The notes: generated by a model not told the origin, from the letters alone. A DNA stretch of 64,000 bases from a candidate division FCPU426 bacterium (GCA_040756875.1 JBFLYH010000002.1:32001-96000); one strand, 5' to 3'. Positions 26,401 to 37,400 are shown, counted from the stretch's first letter. Numbers and translations: made by a program.

Positions 26401-28274
26401 ATAAACCCCTGCAGCAACGGCACCGGCAGCGCGACGCGGCCGAACAGGCCGGGCTGGGTTTCCTGCAGCCGGGCTTCGACCGTGCGTCGTTGGTCCAGCG
26501 GATGGAAACTGACCTCGAAGTCATCCAAGACCAGGGGTTCGGCCAGAGCTTGGGGCAGCTTGACCGCTCGGCGCAGAGGTTGCAGCACCGCGATAAATTG
26601 ACGGCCGGCCAAGGGCAGCACCAACGTTTGGCCGATGGTGCGGGCTTGCTTCATATCGAATCGGATTAGCCCGCTGTCTGCGGCGTACCGGCGCAATTCG
26701 GCGTCCAGAGCAGCCGCCATTTTCCGGACCGAGCCGGTCTTGGCCCACAAACGCTGTACCGAGCCTAATTTAAGGACCATTTCCAGCATCTGGTAGGCTT
26801 GGCGCGTTTCCTCCGGCAGGTCGTTTTCCTGCAGAATGGCTTCCGGCTCGGCATGCTGCGCAAAAAAAGGCGGCAGGGCCAACTGCATTTGGTTGCGGGC
26901 CACCAACCGCTCCCAGGGCGTCTGGCGACGGCGCAGCAGGCTGAGGTAGGGGTTGTACACCACCGCTTCGCTCATGCGCGGCCGCACGGAGATATAACCA
27001 GCGCCCGCGTCTTCCAGCGCTTCACAAATCAGCGCGGTATGATAGCCGCCGCTGATGATCACCGCCAACGGGGACCGGTGGCGTTCGAGCGCTTCCAAGG
27101 CGCGGCGCACAAAGGTGCGGCTCCGCTGATCGGCCTTCCGGTAGAATTCCAGGGCTTCCAGACGCTTTGCATCCAGCGCCGGCAGGTCGCCGGTGGGTTC
27201 CAATTGCAAGCCCGAGGCCAGGGGTTGCAAAAAATCCAAAAACCGTCCGATTGCCAACTGCTCCGGATGGGCGCGCACTTCGTTTAATTCTTCGGGCGTC
27301 AAAGCGATGTTCAGCAACCCTTCGAGCAAATCGAGGCGGTGGAGCATGCCGTCAAGTTCGGCTTGCAAAGGCTGGGTATAGAGCTCGCGGCGTAAAACCA
27401 GGTCTATGACCTGCATTTCCCGGTACAGGTTTTCGGCTTCCACCTCCGGAGGAAATTCGGCTTGTGAAGATCGTGTGTAGCAAAGCAGGTTGGGATACCC
27501 GGCCAAATCCAGCGACCCTTGTGCAAACCCCAGCAGCTGGCGGCAATACTGTTTGAGCGAAATCTGCCCGTTTTGCGTCGCGGTTTTCAAATCGTCCAGT
27601 TTCAGCAGCGGCAGCGAGTACAAGCGCGGCTTGAGGCTTTCCAGGGCTTGACGCAGATCGCACAAGAGCCCCTCGCTTTCGTCGGTTAAAAAACGGAGCG
27701 CCAGCTCGTGCGATGCGCGGTATTCGCCGTCTTCTTCCATGCCCTCCAGAATCACTTGCCCGGGATGCTGGGCCGCGAAATATTCCGCGCCGGACAGGCG
27801 TCCGCTTCTCAGCAGCAGCTCGGCGGCCAGCTGCCTGACATGCGGATCCGGAAAACTGGAGAGCTTGGTCACATTGACCGGCAAATGAGCGCCTTCGATC
27901 AGCACCAGGCTTACGGCCCGAGTGCGCGCCAAGTGCGACAGCAGCTCGGCGATGTTTTTCTGGATGGGATAGTGACAGTGAAGGTCCTGAATATGAATGA
28001 TACGCACGGGCAGACGGCGGTCGGAAACGTGGGTGGCCTGGGCCAGCTCCCGTGGAATGTCAAACCCACCGGGCTTGAAGGCGGCAGCGGCTGAAGCCGG
28101 GGCGTAGGTATCAGGCGCAAACGCCCACCCAAACAACGGATTGATCAGCGCCAGGTTCAGTATAAAGACTAAAACCCGGATCGCGCCCGCATGCCTGGGC
28201 TCGCGCCAGACGCGCAGCCACTGTAATCGCGTTGACAAGGATTTGTCGCATCCCGGCCGCTGAAAGATATTCAT
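20439..28274 (-). CDS. Giant (2,611 aa) multi-pass membrane protein: signal-like N-terminus, putative ChaN/TraB/Tiki-like domain, LysM, TM bundle, family C-terminal domain
   Basis: Uninterrupted ORF with AAGGGG RBS; hydrophobic N-terminus; QDLH...IEG...R...GGYH; YYVGKGDTLWALAK LysM; C-terminus homologous to that of the upstream giant ORF. Confidence 0.88.
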   Translation of the reverse strand: MNIFQRPGCDKSLSTRLQWLRVWREPRHAGAIRVLVFILNLALINPLFGWAFAPDTYAPASAAAAFKPGGFDIPRELAQATHVSDRRLPVRIIHIQDLHCHYPIQKNIAELLSHLARTRAVSLVLIEGAHLPVNVTKLSSFPDPHVRQLAAELLLRSGRLSGAEYFAAQHPGQVILEGMEEDGEYRASHELALRFLTDESEGLLCDLRQALESLKPRLYSLPLLKLDDLKTATQNGQISLKQYCRQLLGFAQGSLDLAGYPNLLCYTRSSQAEFPPEVEAENLYREMQVIDLVLRRELYTQPLQAELDGMLHRLDLLEGLLNIALTPEELNEVRAHPEQLAIGRFLDFLQPLASGLQLEPTGDLPALDAKRLEALEFYRKADQRSRTFVRRALEALERHRSPLAVIISGGYHTALICEALEDAGAGYISVRPRMSEAVVYNPYLSLLRRRQTPWERLVARNQMQLALPPFFAQHAEPEAILQENDLPEETRQAYQMLEMVLKLGSVQRLWAKTGSVRKMAAALDAELRRYAADSGLIRFDMKQARTIGQTLVLPLAGRQFIAVLQPLRRAVKLPQALAEPLVLDDFEVSFHPLDQRRTVEARLQETQPGLFGRVALPVPLLQGFIPVGMGAVPSFALLAGMIPFVNFNRLPLLPLWQGAAKRADLVRSKARDISLHAYFISLGALDGLASRLRRGPAPAAEAAANHPAWRRWLRRGVRIVLRVLPVLLAGSLGSLALQGIAHAAEGLYYVGKGDTLWALAKHLYPNLPAPEGVAKLAAANQLADPNKIRYHSFNPAGEPSAYGTTLKVDFDPQQTGTTPIHGQLVEIAPEPIAQTAAEPVAPQTPDPSILAPTVDPGAAAAAQPGAMTEGWQTWFSDPALQPAAGIGIWVLLAAVAAWLAWSWWRQRGTETGKRFRLAERMGQAWTRWQAQVHDRQIRLYLWGSTVAGKAAAAASGNWSTLTSRVSPLRGAVFLVAAGAVIAVGVLQPALPLSLGISPLVSWGTSAGLAGLLLIASYLNGRPAPIRAGPAPEEPSLKFLRDQIAKRRQSRFTLWPIYGELLGDIKLAVGLVPILLHLSPAPPTWAWTLGALAGVLLALGLFTFVSNYATALLRQRRLLSWYEVVGGLREEWKAQKSALVKNLKEYRLTKQQTPLAAMLAVALMILARLLDYSTVLGYTVNFNAVMLFALAGGFLVIIGLRLLKLKNKTEWLDGVVSKALRIVCAVVLIEVCKFPTSFFFVLFFGSSVLASNSTTISLRMLKKVVGVLSFAQFFLHLLEWLHRIKRKELQLNKRPARTQGPKPFRQRVRDSFGRGQPLRQILFVFMLSSMLLLSFYLSLPLPVMLAGQTVLLAFMLGQWLQMAKNPKISQQVKVIILASLLPAALVVFSMSLAFALSSVHAIWPGLLPAFVSTRVIELQAALSFLRSHLQELVIFVSFMYSLLGFSSVLKDQDKVSQVSEAAPDRLHVLQETLNRYIKNLDHYLKPDEVVDWERLRKVCQASRVILVPKKSQPTWMSSLLEGGVFSLDQEIYFRRRMFNLLSNRTVAAMIFREALIQAGLPLERVQHLVAEVTAADPQTLALIGKRILEAGNRREADVALEFELHSAAQDPGKRAEYLRQVLERRYGVRFPIRPGTYVREFNGRWDQVNEKVVVLLKYGLIPHPFLFRTSRAKLETAAKYIYQRVKMGELETVKLYREALNLTRQVPAETGLMPATEEEEVEDIIESYHAGQAGPRIVQPRTRWQRVWFPVRPLFFRPPATPLEAWQPRQPWAGMAWLWEVTFMLLTLPWQGRSGVEKTRLQTDNSPRAKVRILRRYGLEAHPLIMRHPAERIEQAAVYIQLRREGGAPLSLRLYREALLATRPAGWPLAAGLAEQQAPVESAAQRPPANTREAQAEAQALQAWQAHAAQDDPGANQPVAPSRSRLARAWRWFMLATLFDRLPEAQAPARLKQPWQLAGFFFQLPLRLWRGAVWLWIASRPVPRFDGEELPERRPEVADLLRQYQLPDPMALRLFARHTGLRLQSIQVRALESEGRRLPAFFGRYREQGENGRPTLYVPAALLRSLLNGMPADDDSLNRRWRRLAFMAKRFLLGLILEYHAHDYYQQDREWPRLEPGDWTWAQAGVPRTRLLVDLHAGEPASLAWRAAGKRVCLSVFDLLRLVDQLESESRVLLAGPTSAGQGSDAWVEALARQVEAGAEPNFTTLAGVLGNADEPWDVRTALVATAIREADQLPQTEQGWVRRDLMAALIQAQAPAVRAQVTRTEEEFVREVYVYAMPETIRRLRMQSQARLQALSALRATRPVRALCKRWQEIERALAGAETAAPGSLARLDAALGQSLWLQSGFLMQDEAVHTLPLASDLGRICLGVATGRLEWHEKSGVLLPVRQVLEVSSARQVAAEDLAIGRVPEETQSRPYQGGKPERVGAPAGGRWLFSAAVFRLSRRWPKSWQWALDQMWLARSPEAYLAAVLRGDHSPLAALLQKPDSPLGQAYLRFTLQQNEIQLQTLVRSLVRVVTNLKQPREQEEALRTFSRLVEQMPLLRGTPIGKWEPEIAESTGLALLVPELLLKPGQSGLLGALLDRVRALPIQLDLNPLEPLRRRYFRLAGQAA
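25905..26036 (-). other. LysM domain within the 2,611-aa protein
   Basis: YYVGKGDTLWALAKHLY...KLAAANQLADPNKI. Confidence 0.85.
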
Positions 28275-28452
28275 GAACGCTCATTCCCCTTATGGCTTGA
28301 CTGCCGGGCCAAGCATAGCCAAAAAGGGTTAATGGCGCGTGCGGTTTCTATTGATTCTCGATTAGAAGTGGGTTAAAGGAAAGCGGCCACAAACCAACCG
28401 GGAGGCAACACTGCCGCAGCCGGCGCTTGGGTGCAAAAAATCACTCAGGCAG

Positions 28453-31400
28453 CTAGGCCGCGCTGCCGGGCGTGCGGCGCAGGCGGCGCAGCTCGGGACG
28501 GAATTTCCGTTCGTCCAGGGTGACCGGCGCCAGCCGCAGTCTTTCCTGCAAAGCCAGCCACAGGGACCGGTACCCGGGCGCCAGGAACAGTCCGGGCACG
28601 AGCACAGGCCGTCCATCCTGCCGGAGGCCGATGCGCTCGCCCGCCAGCTCGGGCATGCGGGCCAGGCGCTCCAGCGTGTTCAGTCCGGCGTCCAGCGCTT
28701 CCGCCGGCTGCGCTTGCAGCAGTTCCACGAGCGTTTCCAACAGGCGGTATTGGGTTTCCGGCGTCGGCGCCAGCGCAAAGAACCGATAGGCCCGGCCGGC
28801 GTCCGCCTCCCGGTCCCGCAGGGCCTGCGCCAGGGGCGAAGTGTCCTCGGCCAGCAGTTCGTTCAAATACGCTTCGGGCTGCGATCGGCGCAGGCTCCGG
28901 TGAATGCGAAGGTTCAGACCCGCAGGCAGACGAACGGCCAGTTTCAGGAGGTTGCGCAGCACCGGCAGATCGGCGGCTGCCGCGTCGCCGCGCCCAAAAC
29001 CACGGAGCAGCGCCGCCAGCAACAAGTCCATTCTGCCCCGTTCCTGCTGGTCCGCGCCGGCCTGGCTGACCACCACGTCCAGCCAGTATTGATAAGCGCG
29101 GTAGCGTCCGAGTTGCCAGGCATCCCGCATGGTGTTCACTTCCTCCGGCGGCCCCTGCATGAGGTTGCGCAGCAGGAATTCCGGAGCCGCGACCACGGAC
29201 CGGTTCCCCCGCTCGACCAGGCCGCCCAGCCAGCGCCGGCTTACAGGCAAACTGCGGCGGTTCGCGGCGTCCAGCGCGCGCACGGGCAAAGGCTGCAGCC
29301 GCAGACGCTGCGCTCCGGCCAGGCGCAGGGTCGTGTCGTCAGGCAGTCCGTGGCGCCGCAGCAGGGCCTGCACGGCGGGGTGCGCGGCATCCACTTCCAA
29401 ACCGGATTCTGCCCGCGTCCCGGCGATCAGCCAGGCCAAGCCCCGGGCCAGACCCATCCCTGCGGCCAGCAGGCTGACCGCGGCAGCCACGGGCGTCAAG
29501 CGCGCCGGGAACATCAGGCGGCGGAAGAACGAGACCAGCAGGCGGCTCCCGGCCGAAAGGCGCGGGGTCAGCGGCTGGTTGGGCGCTTCCACCCAGGCGC
29601 GTTCAGCCTGCACGGAGGCAATGGCCTCGGGAACCGGACCGGGCAATTCCCTGCCCAGCCCCAGCGGGAAGGCGTTCGGCGACACGTCGTCCTCCTGGCC
29701 TGCGGCGCGCCTGGCGGCGGAGACGGGCTGGATTGTCCCCGTGCGGCCGAACCAGCGCGATCCGTACTCAGCCAGGGACGCCCGCCAGTGGCTGCCGGTG
29801 TAACCTTCCCATATTTCGTGCCGCAGCAGCAGCGCGAGCTCAGGCAGGCTGAGGGCATTGGCTTGGGGATGCACGCGGACCACCAGGTCCCCGCCCACGC
29901 GCTGGACCTGGCCGAGAAGCAGGCGCTGCCAAAAGCGGGGCCTGGCGTCCGGCAAGACTTCGAACCGGATGCGTTCGGGCGCAAAACCCGCGGGCAGACC
30001 GCCCTGGCGCTCCAGATAGGCCAGCAGCGATTCCCGCCGGGCCGCGAGCGCTTCGTTGGTCAGCGGAGGCAGCTTTGAACCAAGCACGCGCCGCCGCATC
30101 AGAAGCCGCGGCAATTGTACGCCGACCAATGCCAGTCCGGAGACCGCGCCGGCCAGGCTCAGCGTGGTCAGGGCCGGGTCTTGCAGCAACGCGAAACCGA
30201 AGAACAGGCCGGCCAGGGCGGCGCCCAGGGCCTGGAGCAGGACCGCGCCGGGCGACACGGCCAGCGCGCCGGGGCGTTCGGGCTGCAGGATTTCCCGGGT
30301 GGAGAACATGTCAAACAAAGCCTGGTTGCCGAGCGGGGCGCTGACCCGGCTGGCAATGCGCAGGGTGTTTACCCAGCGGAAATCATACCGGGGCAGGCCG
30401 TCATTGGCCAGGGTCAGCAGTTCGTGCTCCAAGGCGGTCAACTGCGGCCGGCTGGCGCGCCGCATCTGGGCCGCGTTCACGAAATCCGCCACGGAAATGG
30501 CCCGGCTCACGCCGGACAGGGCGGTGCGGCGCAACCCGCGGGGATACCCGCGGCCATTGAGCCATTCGTGGTGATTGGTGCTTTGCAGGATCTCCGGCTT
30601 GTAGCCGAACGCCGAGAGCAGCATTTCGCCCAGACGCGCATGGCTGCGGAGCAGCGACTTTTCTTCCGGACTCAGGGGATCCAGGCGCAGGAGCAAGGCC
30701 GGCGGCAGGAGCAGCTTGCCCGCGTCGTGCAGCCAGCCGCCGCGGCGGAACAACTCGACCGCCGCCGGGCCGTACGCCGGGGCCCGGTTGACCAGCCCGT
30801 ACACCGCCGCCATTTCCGCGGCCAGGTTCCCCACTTCCCACGAATGGCTGAAGGTGAAACCCTGATCATGCCGGTACAGCAGCGTGAGCAGCACCCAGTC
30901 CCAGAACGCAGGCCGCAGCCCCGCGGGCATGGCTTTCAAATCCTCGCTGTCCACTTTCCGGACCAGTTCCCGCATTTCAACGACCATCCGCCGCACCCGA
31001 TTCTGCAAGCGGCCGGACCAGTTGGCTTCCATTTCCTGCGGCGCGCGGATATCGTCGAGCGAGGCCTGGTGCTTCACCAAAATCTTTTCCACGTCCGCGA
31101 TGATCTCCATGCGCCTGGGCAGGGAGACCAGGCGGCTGGCGGACACCAGTTGCTGGTAGGAGGTGCTGTCTTCGCCGGCGCGCGCGGCCAAGGGGCGCCA
31201 GGTGCGGATCCAGGCGGCCAGGGCCAGACGGATGCCCTGGAACGGACGGGCCAGGCGGTTGCGCACCTCGGAGGCCATCCAGGCTTCAATGACCGCTTCG
31301 GGATTCGAGTCCGCGTTGGGATCCACGAAGTACCGGTAGCCGTGGGGCTGGTCCTTGGCGTCGCCCAGGAACAAGCCGTCCTCGGGAACCAGCTGGTTTT

Positions 31401-34400
31401 TATTGTCCGCGATCAGGGGCTGCAGGTCGTCCTCGATGACCTCGCCGGTAAACACGCCGCGGGTGTTGAAAACCAGGCGGTTGCCCCTGACCTCGGATAC
31501 CACGACGCCGCGCGTCTCCAGGGTCCGGTTGATTTCTCCCCGGTTGAAGAACATCTGCAGCGATTGCTCGCTGCTACGGCTGCGCACGGCCACCTGGATG
31601 TCCTTGGCGCCGGTCGCGACCCGCAGCCGGTCCGTCAACTCCAGGAAACGCCCGTTAAGCTGCCAGGATGCGGCCTGGCGCCGCAGATGTCCGAGCGTCA
31701 GGCGGTCTTTGAGCACCGCCAGATAATTGCGGTACGCAGGGGCGGAAACCTCGGCGTCGAACCGCTGCCGGGCCTGGTTGTACGCCGTGGTGAACGTTTC
31801 GCGTTCCTCCGGATTGCGGATGGACACGGCGGCAATGTCGCGCAGGCTGAAGCCTTGCTCGGACCGGGGCAAGGTGATGGTTTCGTTGAAATCCGCGTAA
31901 ATCGTGATCGGCTGGCCGGCGTGGAGCAGCCGGAAAGCCAGCTTGAGCGCCCCGCGCCGCACCCGCCTTCCCCACTCACGCCAGTCCAGGGCCCGGTTGC
32001 CTTCCAGATTGACGAGCAGGTGGGCTGCCGACACCAGCGGCACGAACAGGCCGGCGAACAGCAGCCCGCTGGGATTCAAGCCCAGTTGCAAAGCGGCCAG
32101 CAGCACTCCGGTGAGCCCGGTGATGCGCACCAAGGGCGCGCTAAACGCCAGCCCCAACGCCGCGCGCCAGGCCAGCGGCCGGCCGGCGGCGTCCTTCGCT
32201 CCCACGGCGTGCAGAAGATGCCATGCCAGTTGGAACAGACCGAACAGCGCCCAGAAGGGCGGCCCCATGGCCAGGGGCAGGCCGAACGCCCACACCAGCA
32301 GCAGATGCGACGCCAGGGTCAGGGCGCCCACAAACCAGCCGGATTCGACGAGGGCGGGCAGGAGCGCCTGGCCGAGGAACCGCCCCCAGCGGGGCTGGCC
32401 GCGCTGGGCCGCCCGCTGCTCCATGCGGTCGTACCACCCTTGCAGCCACGGCCAGCGTCCGCCGGCCGCCGGCGCCGGGGCGCGGACCGCGGCTTGCTCG
32501 CTGTTCAGATCCTGCGCCACCTGCTGCAACAGTTGCTGCAAGGCAAACCGTTCGTCCAGCTTGTCGAGCAATTCCTGGGGCAGCACCGCCTGGCCCGAGG
32601 CTTCCAGCAATGCCTGGTGTTGAAGCTCCAATCCGTTCTGGTCCAGGCTCATCAGCCTCAGGTAATCCGCGGCCAAACGGGCGCTGTTGTCCTCCAGATA
32701 CTGTTTCTGCCTGAGCGTGTCCCAGTGTTCGATGCGTTGTTCTTCCCAGGCGCGCGTCCGGATATAGGCCCACAAGCCCGAATCCTCCTGGACCTGGTTC
32801 AGGTTGGCGTAAACCGCCGAGAGCTGCGGCGAGATCCCGGCACCCAGATCCTGCCAGCGGGCGACGCTGAGTTTGGCGGCCTGGGCCAGTTCGGCGTCCA
32901 GCTGTTTGAGCCGCCCCAGCAGTTCATTGACCCGGATCTCCTCCTCCGTGACCGGCTGGTCGCTCCGGATGCGCGCCGGCTCGCTGGGCGGACGCGGCAG
33001 GATCTGGGGCGTCAAGCCGCGCCGGTCCCGGTTCAGCAGTTGGGTGCGCGACAACAACACGACATCCTTCGGCTCCTCGGCGTCCGTGGCATGCTCAGGG
33101 CCCAGGATGGCCGGCAGCACCTCGGCCAGGCGGCCTTTCTGCCGGCTGCGCAGCGCGAGGGTCTCATCGCCCACCTGCAGGGTCTCGGGCAGCTGGACGT
33201 TGTAGCCGGCCATGCGCGCGTTTTCCACGGCCAGGGCCAGGAGGCGGCGGTGAGTGTAGTCGATGTCCGGATGGTACCTGTTGGCCGAATCCAGCCACCA
33301 CCAGAAATCGGAATTCACGGCCTGCAACAGGTAATACCAGGCCAGCTGGGTGTAGTCCTGGGGATAGATCACGGGCTGGTCGCGGTACCGGGTGTCCACG
33401 CCGGCCGCGCCGAACGCTTTGATCACCGCGTCGGTCAGGGCCCAGGCTTTGCGCTGCTCGGGCGTGTTGCCCGCCCAGCGGGAGAAGGACCCCAGCCGGC
33501 TGCTGGCTCCGGTGCGGTTGACGGCCGCGCGCACCTGGCGGCCCTGCTGTTCCAGCAGCCGCGTGCGCAGGTGCTGCTGCGCCGGTAGGCTCATCTCCAT
33601 GTCCTGGAAATCTTCGCCGCGATAGTCGGGGCTGGGATTGGTGCGGTTGAGCAGCGTGAAGACCTGCTTCCAGAAATAGAGCCAGCCGCCTTCCTGCCCC
33701 ACCTGACGGAAGAAGGGTGCGGAGCGCTCGCCGTCGATCATAAAGGAGATTTCGAACTGGCTGGGCAGGCCCAGTTGCCGGGCTTTGTTCTCGTATTCGG
33801 GAGCGTGCTGGCGCGGTCCCCAGCCGGGCCGGGGACGCAGCAAATGATCGTAGGCCAGAATCAACGCCGCGGACAGGCCCGCGGATTTGCCGCGGGCGTC
33901 TCCCAGTTCGTCCCTGGCCACATCTTTGGCGGATTGGGGGTAAAGCGTGATTTTGTGTTGAATGCCTTCCGCTTCCCACTGGTAATAAAACCCGGCCTGG
34001 TCGTCCAAGGGCGCAATCTGCCCCTGGTGCATCTTCAACAGCTGCTGCAGAAACGTCTCGGTTACGAAGACATTCCGGATCCCGTGGGCATGCAGACGCC
34101 GCAGGGTGTCCTCGTCCAGGCCGTCCTCGCCGGGCCAGAGCGAATAGAACGGCATGTCGAAAAAGTCTTCCATCAAGGCGGTCATGTAATCCAGGGCGAA
34201 CTCCGCCATTTCCGGATGCTTGAAATCCACTGCATACTGATCGCTGCCGCCGGCGGCCTGCAGAGCACTATTCTGGTCCGTCACCACGGGATAGATGAGA
34301 TGCGGCGCCGCGGCGGCCAGTTCCACCTGTCCGGTCGCGGACAACGGCAGGAGCCCCAGGGCTTCGCGCCGGGCGTCTTCGCGCCGCACGGCGAGCCCGA

Positions 34401-37400
34401 AGGAAATCTGATCGCGGTCCGCGGCCTCCACCACCGTGTTCACGGCCACCAGCCGCGCGGCCGGCGCGATCATGGACAGCACGCGGGTCTGGTCCCGGGC
34501 AAACGCCAGGCAGACCGCCTCGTCGCGCGCCAAGGCGGGCAAATCGGTCTGGGAGGTGTACCAGTACGAAAAATTCACCGTATGGGTGACCGGTTCGCCG
34601 GCGCGGTTGAGGCCCAGCAGGACCGTGCCAGCCGGACGCAGGCTGGGATCGATCCAGGCCGCGGCCTGGCCCAACAACAGCCCCTTGACCTGGGCCTTGA
34701 ACGCCAGCCCCTGCTCTTCACCGGCCAGACGCTGCTTCACATATTCCCGGAGTATGCCCGGGGCGTCGAAATAACCGGCCTGGATGAAGCGTTCAACCCG
34801 TTCCGCGGGATTCTCCACCGCCAGCAGGGCCGCCATCCCCTCCGGCATTCCGGTTTTGTATCCCTCGGCTAAAAATTGCAGGTAATCGAGCAAAAGGGTT
34901 TCGCGCAGGCGGCGGTAGGCCGGGACTTCCTGCACCAAGTTCCGTTCAACAGCGCGGTCCATTTTCAAGGCCAGGAACAGGTCGTCAGCCGTCCAGTCGG
35001 AGAACGGCTTGACGGTGAGCCGGTAGAGCGGATCCACCGCCGTAGCGCCCTCCTTGCCGCTTTCGTCCAGGAATTGCCCGATGATCGTGGCGCGGGCAGT
35101 CTGCGCCTGTTCCTCGGTCCAGCCTTCGGCCGCGCGGCGCTCGTTTACGTCCGCCAGGGGCTCCCACAACCAGGTTTCCGCGGCCCGCACCTGGTTCCGC
35201 AGCTGGTCCACTAGTGAGGCCGAAAGGTTCACGGTCAGTTTCGCCCCGCGCAGGGCCGGATCATACATCGCGGCGAAAGTGGGATAGTAGGTCCGGAGGC
35301 CGTGGAAACGCGCCCAGGCGGATTCCGACTGGTCGCTGCCCATGGGCTGGTGGTCGTTGAAAACGATCTGTATTTTCTTGGGGCGGTTGAGCAGTTCCAG
35401 GCTTTGCTGCAACTGGCGCTCCGTGGGCGAAATGAGGGCGGCCTCGATGCGCTGGGCCAGATAATGCCGTTTGACCGGCGGCACGGCCGGAAGTTCGGGC
35501 CGCAGCCGGCTGCGGTATTGCTGCAGGAAGAAGCGCGTGGTATGCCCGATCAAGGCCAGGCCCGAAGCCAGGATCGCGGTGCCGATCAGGCGGCCCATGG
35601 TCACCACCGGCCCGCCGAAGAGCCACAAGGCGGCCGCGCCCAGCACGACGGCCAGGGGCAGCGGGCTGGCCAGAAGATTGAACGCGCGGCCGCGGAGCAG
35701 GCGCTGGATCGAAGGATACTGCAGGTACCCGGCTGATTCGAGGAACGAAAACACCGCCTGGGCCGTGGCCCGCCAGTATCCCTGCCCCGCGGCCTCGTAG
35801 ATGAGGTACCGCAGGATGGCCAGCTGGAAGGAACGGTCCAGGGCGTCGAAGTGCTTGTGCACGTAGATGATCGGCTGCTGGGCCACGGTCTCGCTGCTGC
35901 CCAGGCGCAGGCCCTGGGTGAAGCGGGAGGAGAGCGATTGTTCGGGCAGGACGCGGAAGATCGGGCGGCGGTAGCCTTCCGGCAGCCGTCCGTTGCGCTC
36001 GACTTCCTCGAGCACGTCCTGCAGGCGCCGGTAGACCGAGGAATTGGTCAGCGCCGGAGTGGCGGGCCTGGCCAGCCGCGCATAATAATATAGGAAGCGC
36101 GGGCCGTAGCTGGCCAGCAGCGTGAGCAAGGTGAGGGCCAGCCAGATGCCAAAGAAGGCCCGGGTGCCGGGGCCGAAGAACCACGCCAGGCTGGCGCCGA
36201 AGGCCAGCGTGGCCAGGACCGCGCCCAGGACCCGCAGGGGCGGGATGCCGTAGTAGCCCAGAGTCGCCCGTTCCAGCAGCGGCCGCGTCAGTGGCGTGGC
36301 GCGGCGGTATTCCTGCTGGCTGCCCAAAAGCCCGGCGGCGAAACCCATGGCCAGGTACTGCAGGCGGATCATCTCGGCCCGGTCGCCCTTGATGCGGGCG
36401 GTTTCGGTCTGCTCGGCCAGGCCGTTCAAATACCCCAGCACCTGCCGGTTGGCCGTGCCGCCCGTGGGATCGGCCAGCAGGCTGGCGAGATACCCCAGCA
36501 GGTATCCTCCCCGGTGCCGTTGATTGTAATTGTCGTCCCCCTGGGCGTTGAACAGCATGACCTGGTCGACCAGCGGGCTCTTCTCCTCCAGCAGGCGCTC
36601 GAACCCATCCACCAGGCCGTTCAGGTTGGCGGCCGGACTGCGCCCCACTTCCTCGCGCCGGTCCACGTTGTAGAACGACCACGCAAAGGGCTCGAAGCGG
36701 CCCTGCACGCTGAGCCGCTCCAATTGCGCCGGACCCAGTTGCAGGGCCAGCGCCTGGGCCTGGCCGCGGCCTTCGGCCAGGTGGAGTTCGCGCTCCTGGT
36801 CCTGGCGGTCCAGATAATGCAAGTACTCCACCATCTCCCGGGCCACGCGTTGGGTGCTGATTGCCTCGGACTGGCCCAGGGAGGCGCGGAGCAGGCGCGC
36901 CTGCCCGCCCGGGCGCCGGAGTTCGGCGTTGGCCTGCTGGAAGGCCCGCATCAGGGCTTGCGGCGTGAAACTGCGGCGGTTGCCGTCGTCCGGGTCCGTG
37001 GTGTCGTACGGCAGCAGGAAGGAGTTGAACTGGTCCTGCGAAAACCGGGTGCCCGCGGGGAACTGCCCGGGATAGTCGGCCTCCTGGCCGCGGTACACGC
37101 AAAACTCGGGGATCGCCCCGTCCGGCGAGGCGATGACCACCGTGCCGTTGGCCAGGTCTTTCATGAAGCCCGTGGCCGAGGCTTCGCGGCCCTCGTTCGA
37201 CCCCATGACCGTGCCGTCCATGCCCGCGGCCAGGGTGCGCATGTCCATGGTGTTGAAATTGGGGAAGAACAGGACGCGGTCCCTGAGCGCCGGATGGGCG
37301 TTGATCAGGTTGAGGAAAGCCTGCACCAGTTTCTGGCTGCCCTGGTCGTCTTCGTGCACCCGGCCGCCGAAAACCATGACCATGTCCTCCTTCAGGAACT

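Noticed and set aside
30115-33588. 1,157-aa plus-strand ORF (also 37720-40563, 52399-55917, 59689-61644)
   Set aside because: Antisense shadows of the giant ORF caused by strong GC3 bias; no motifs.
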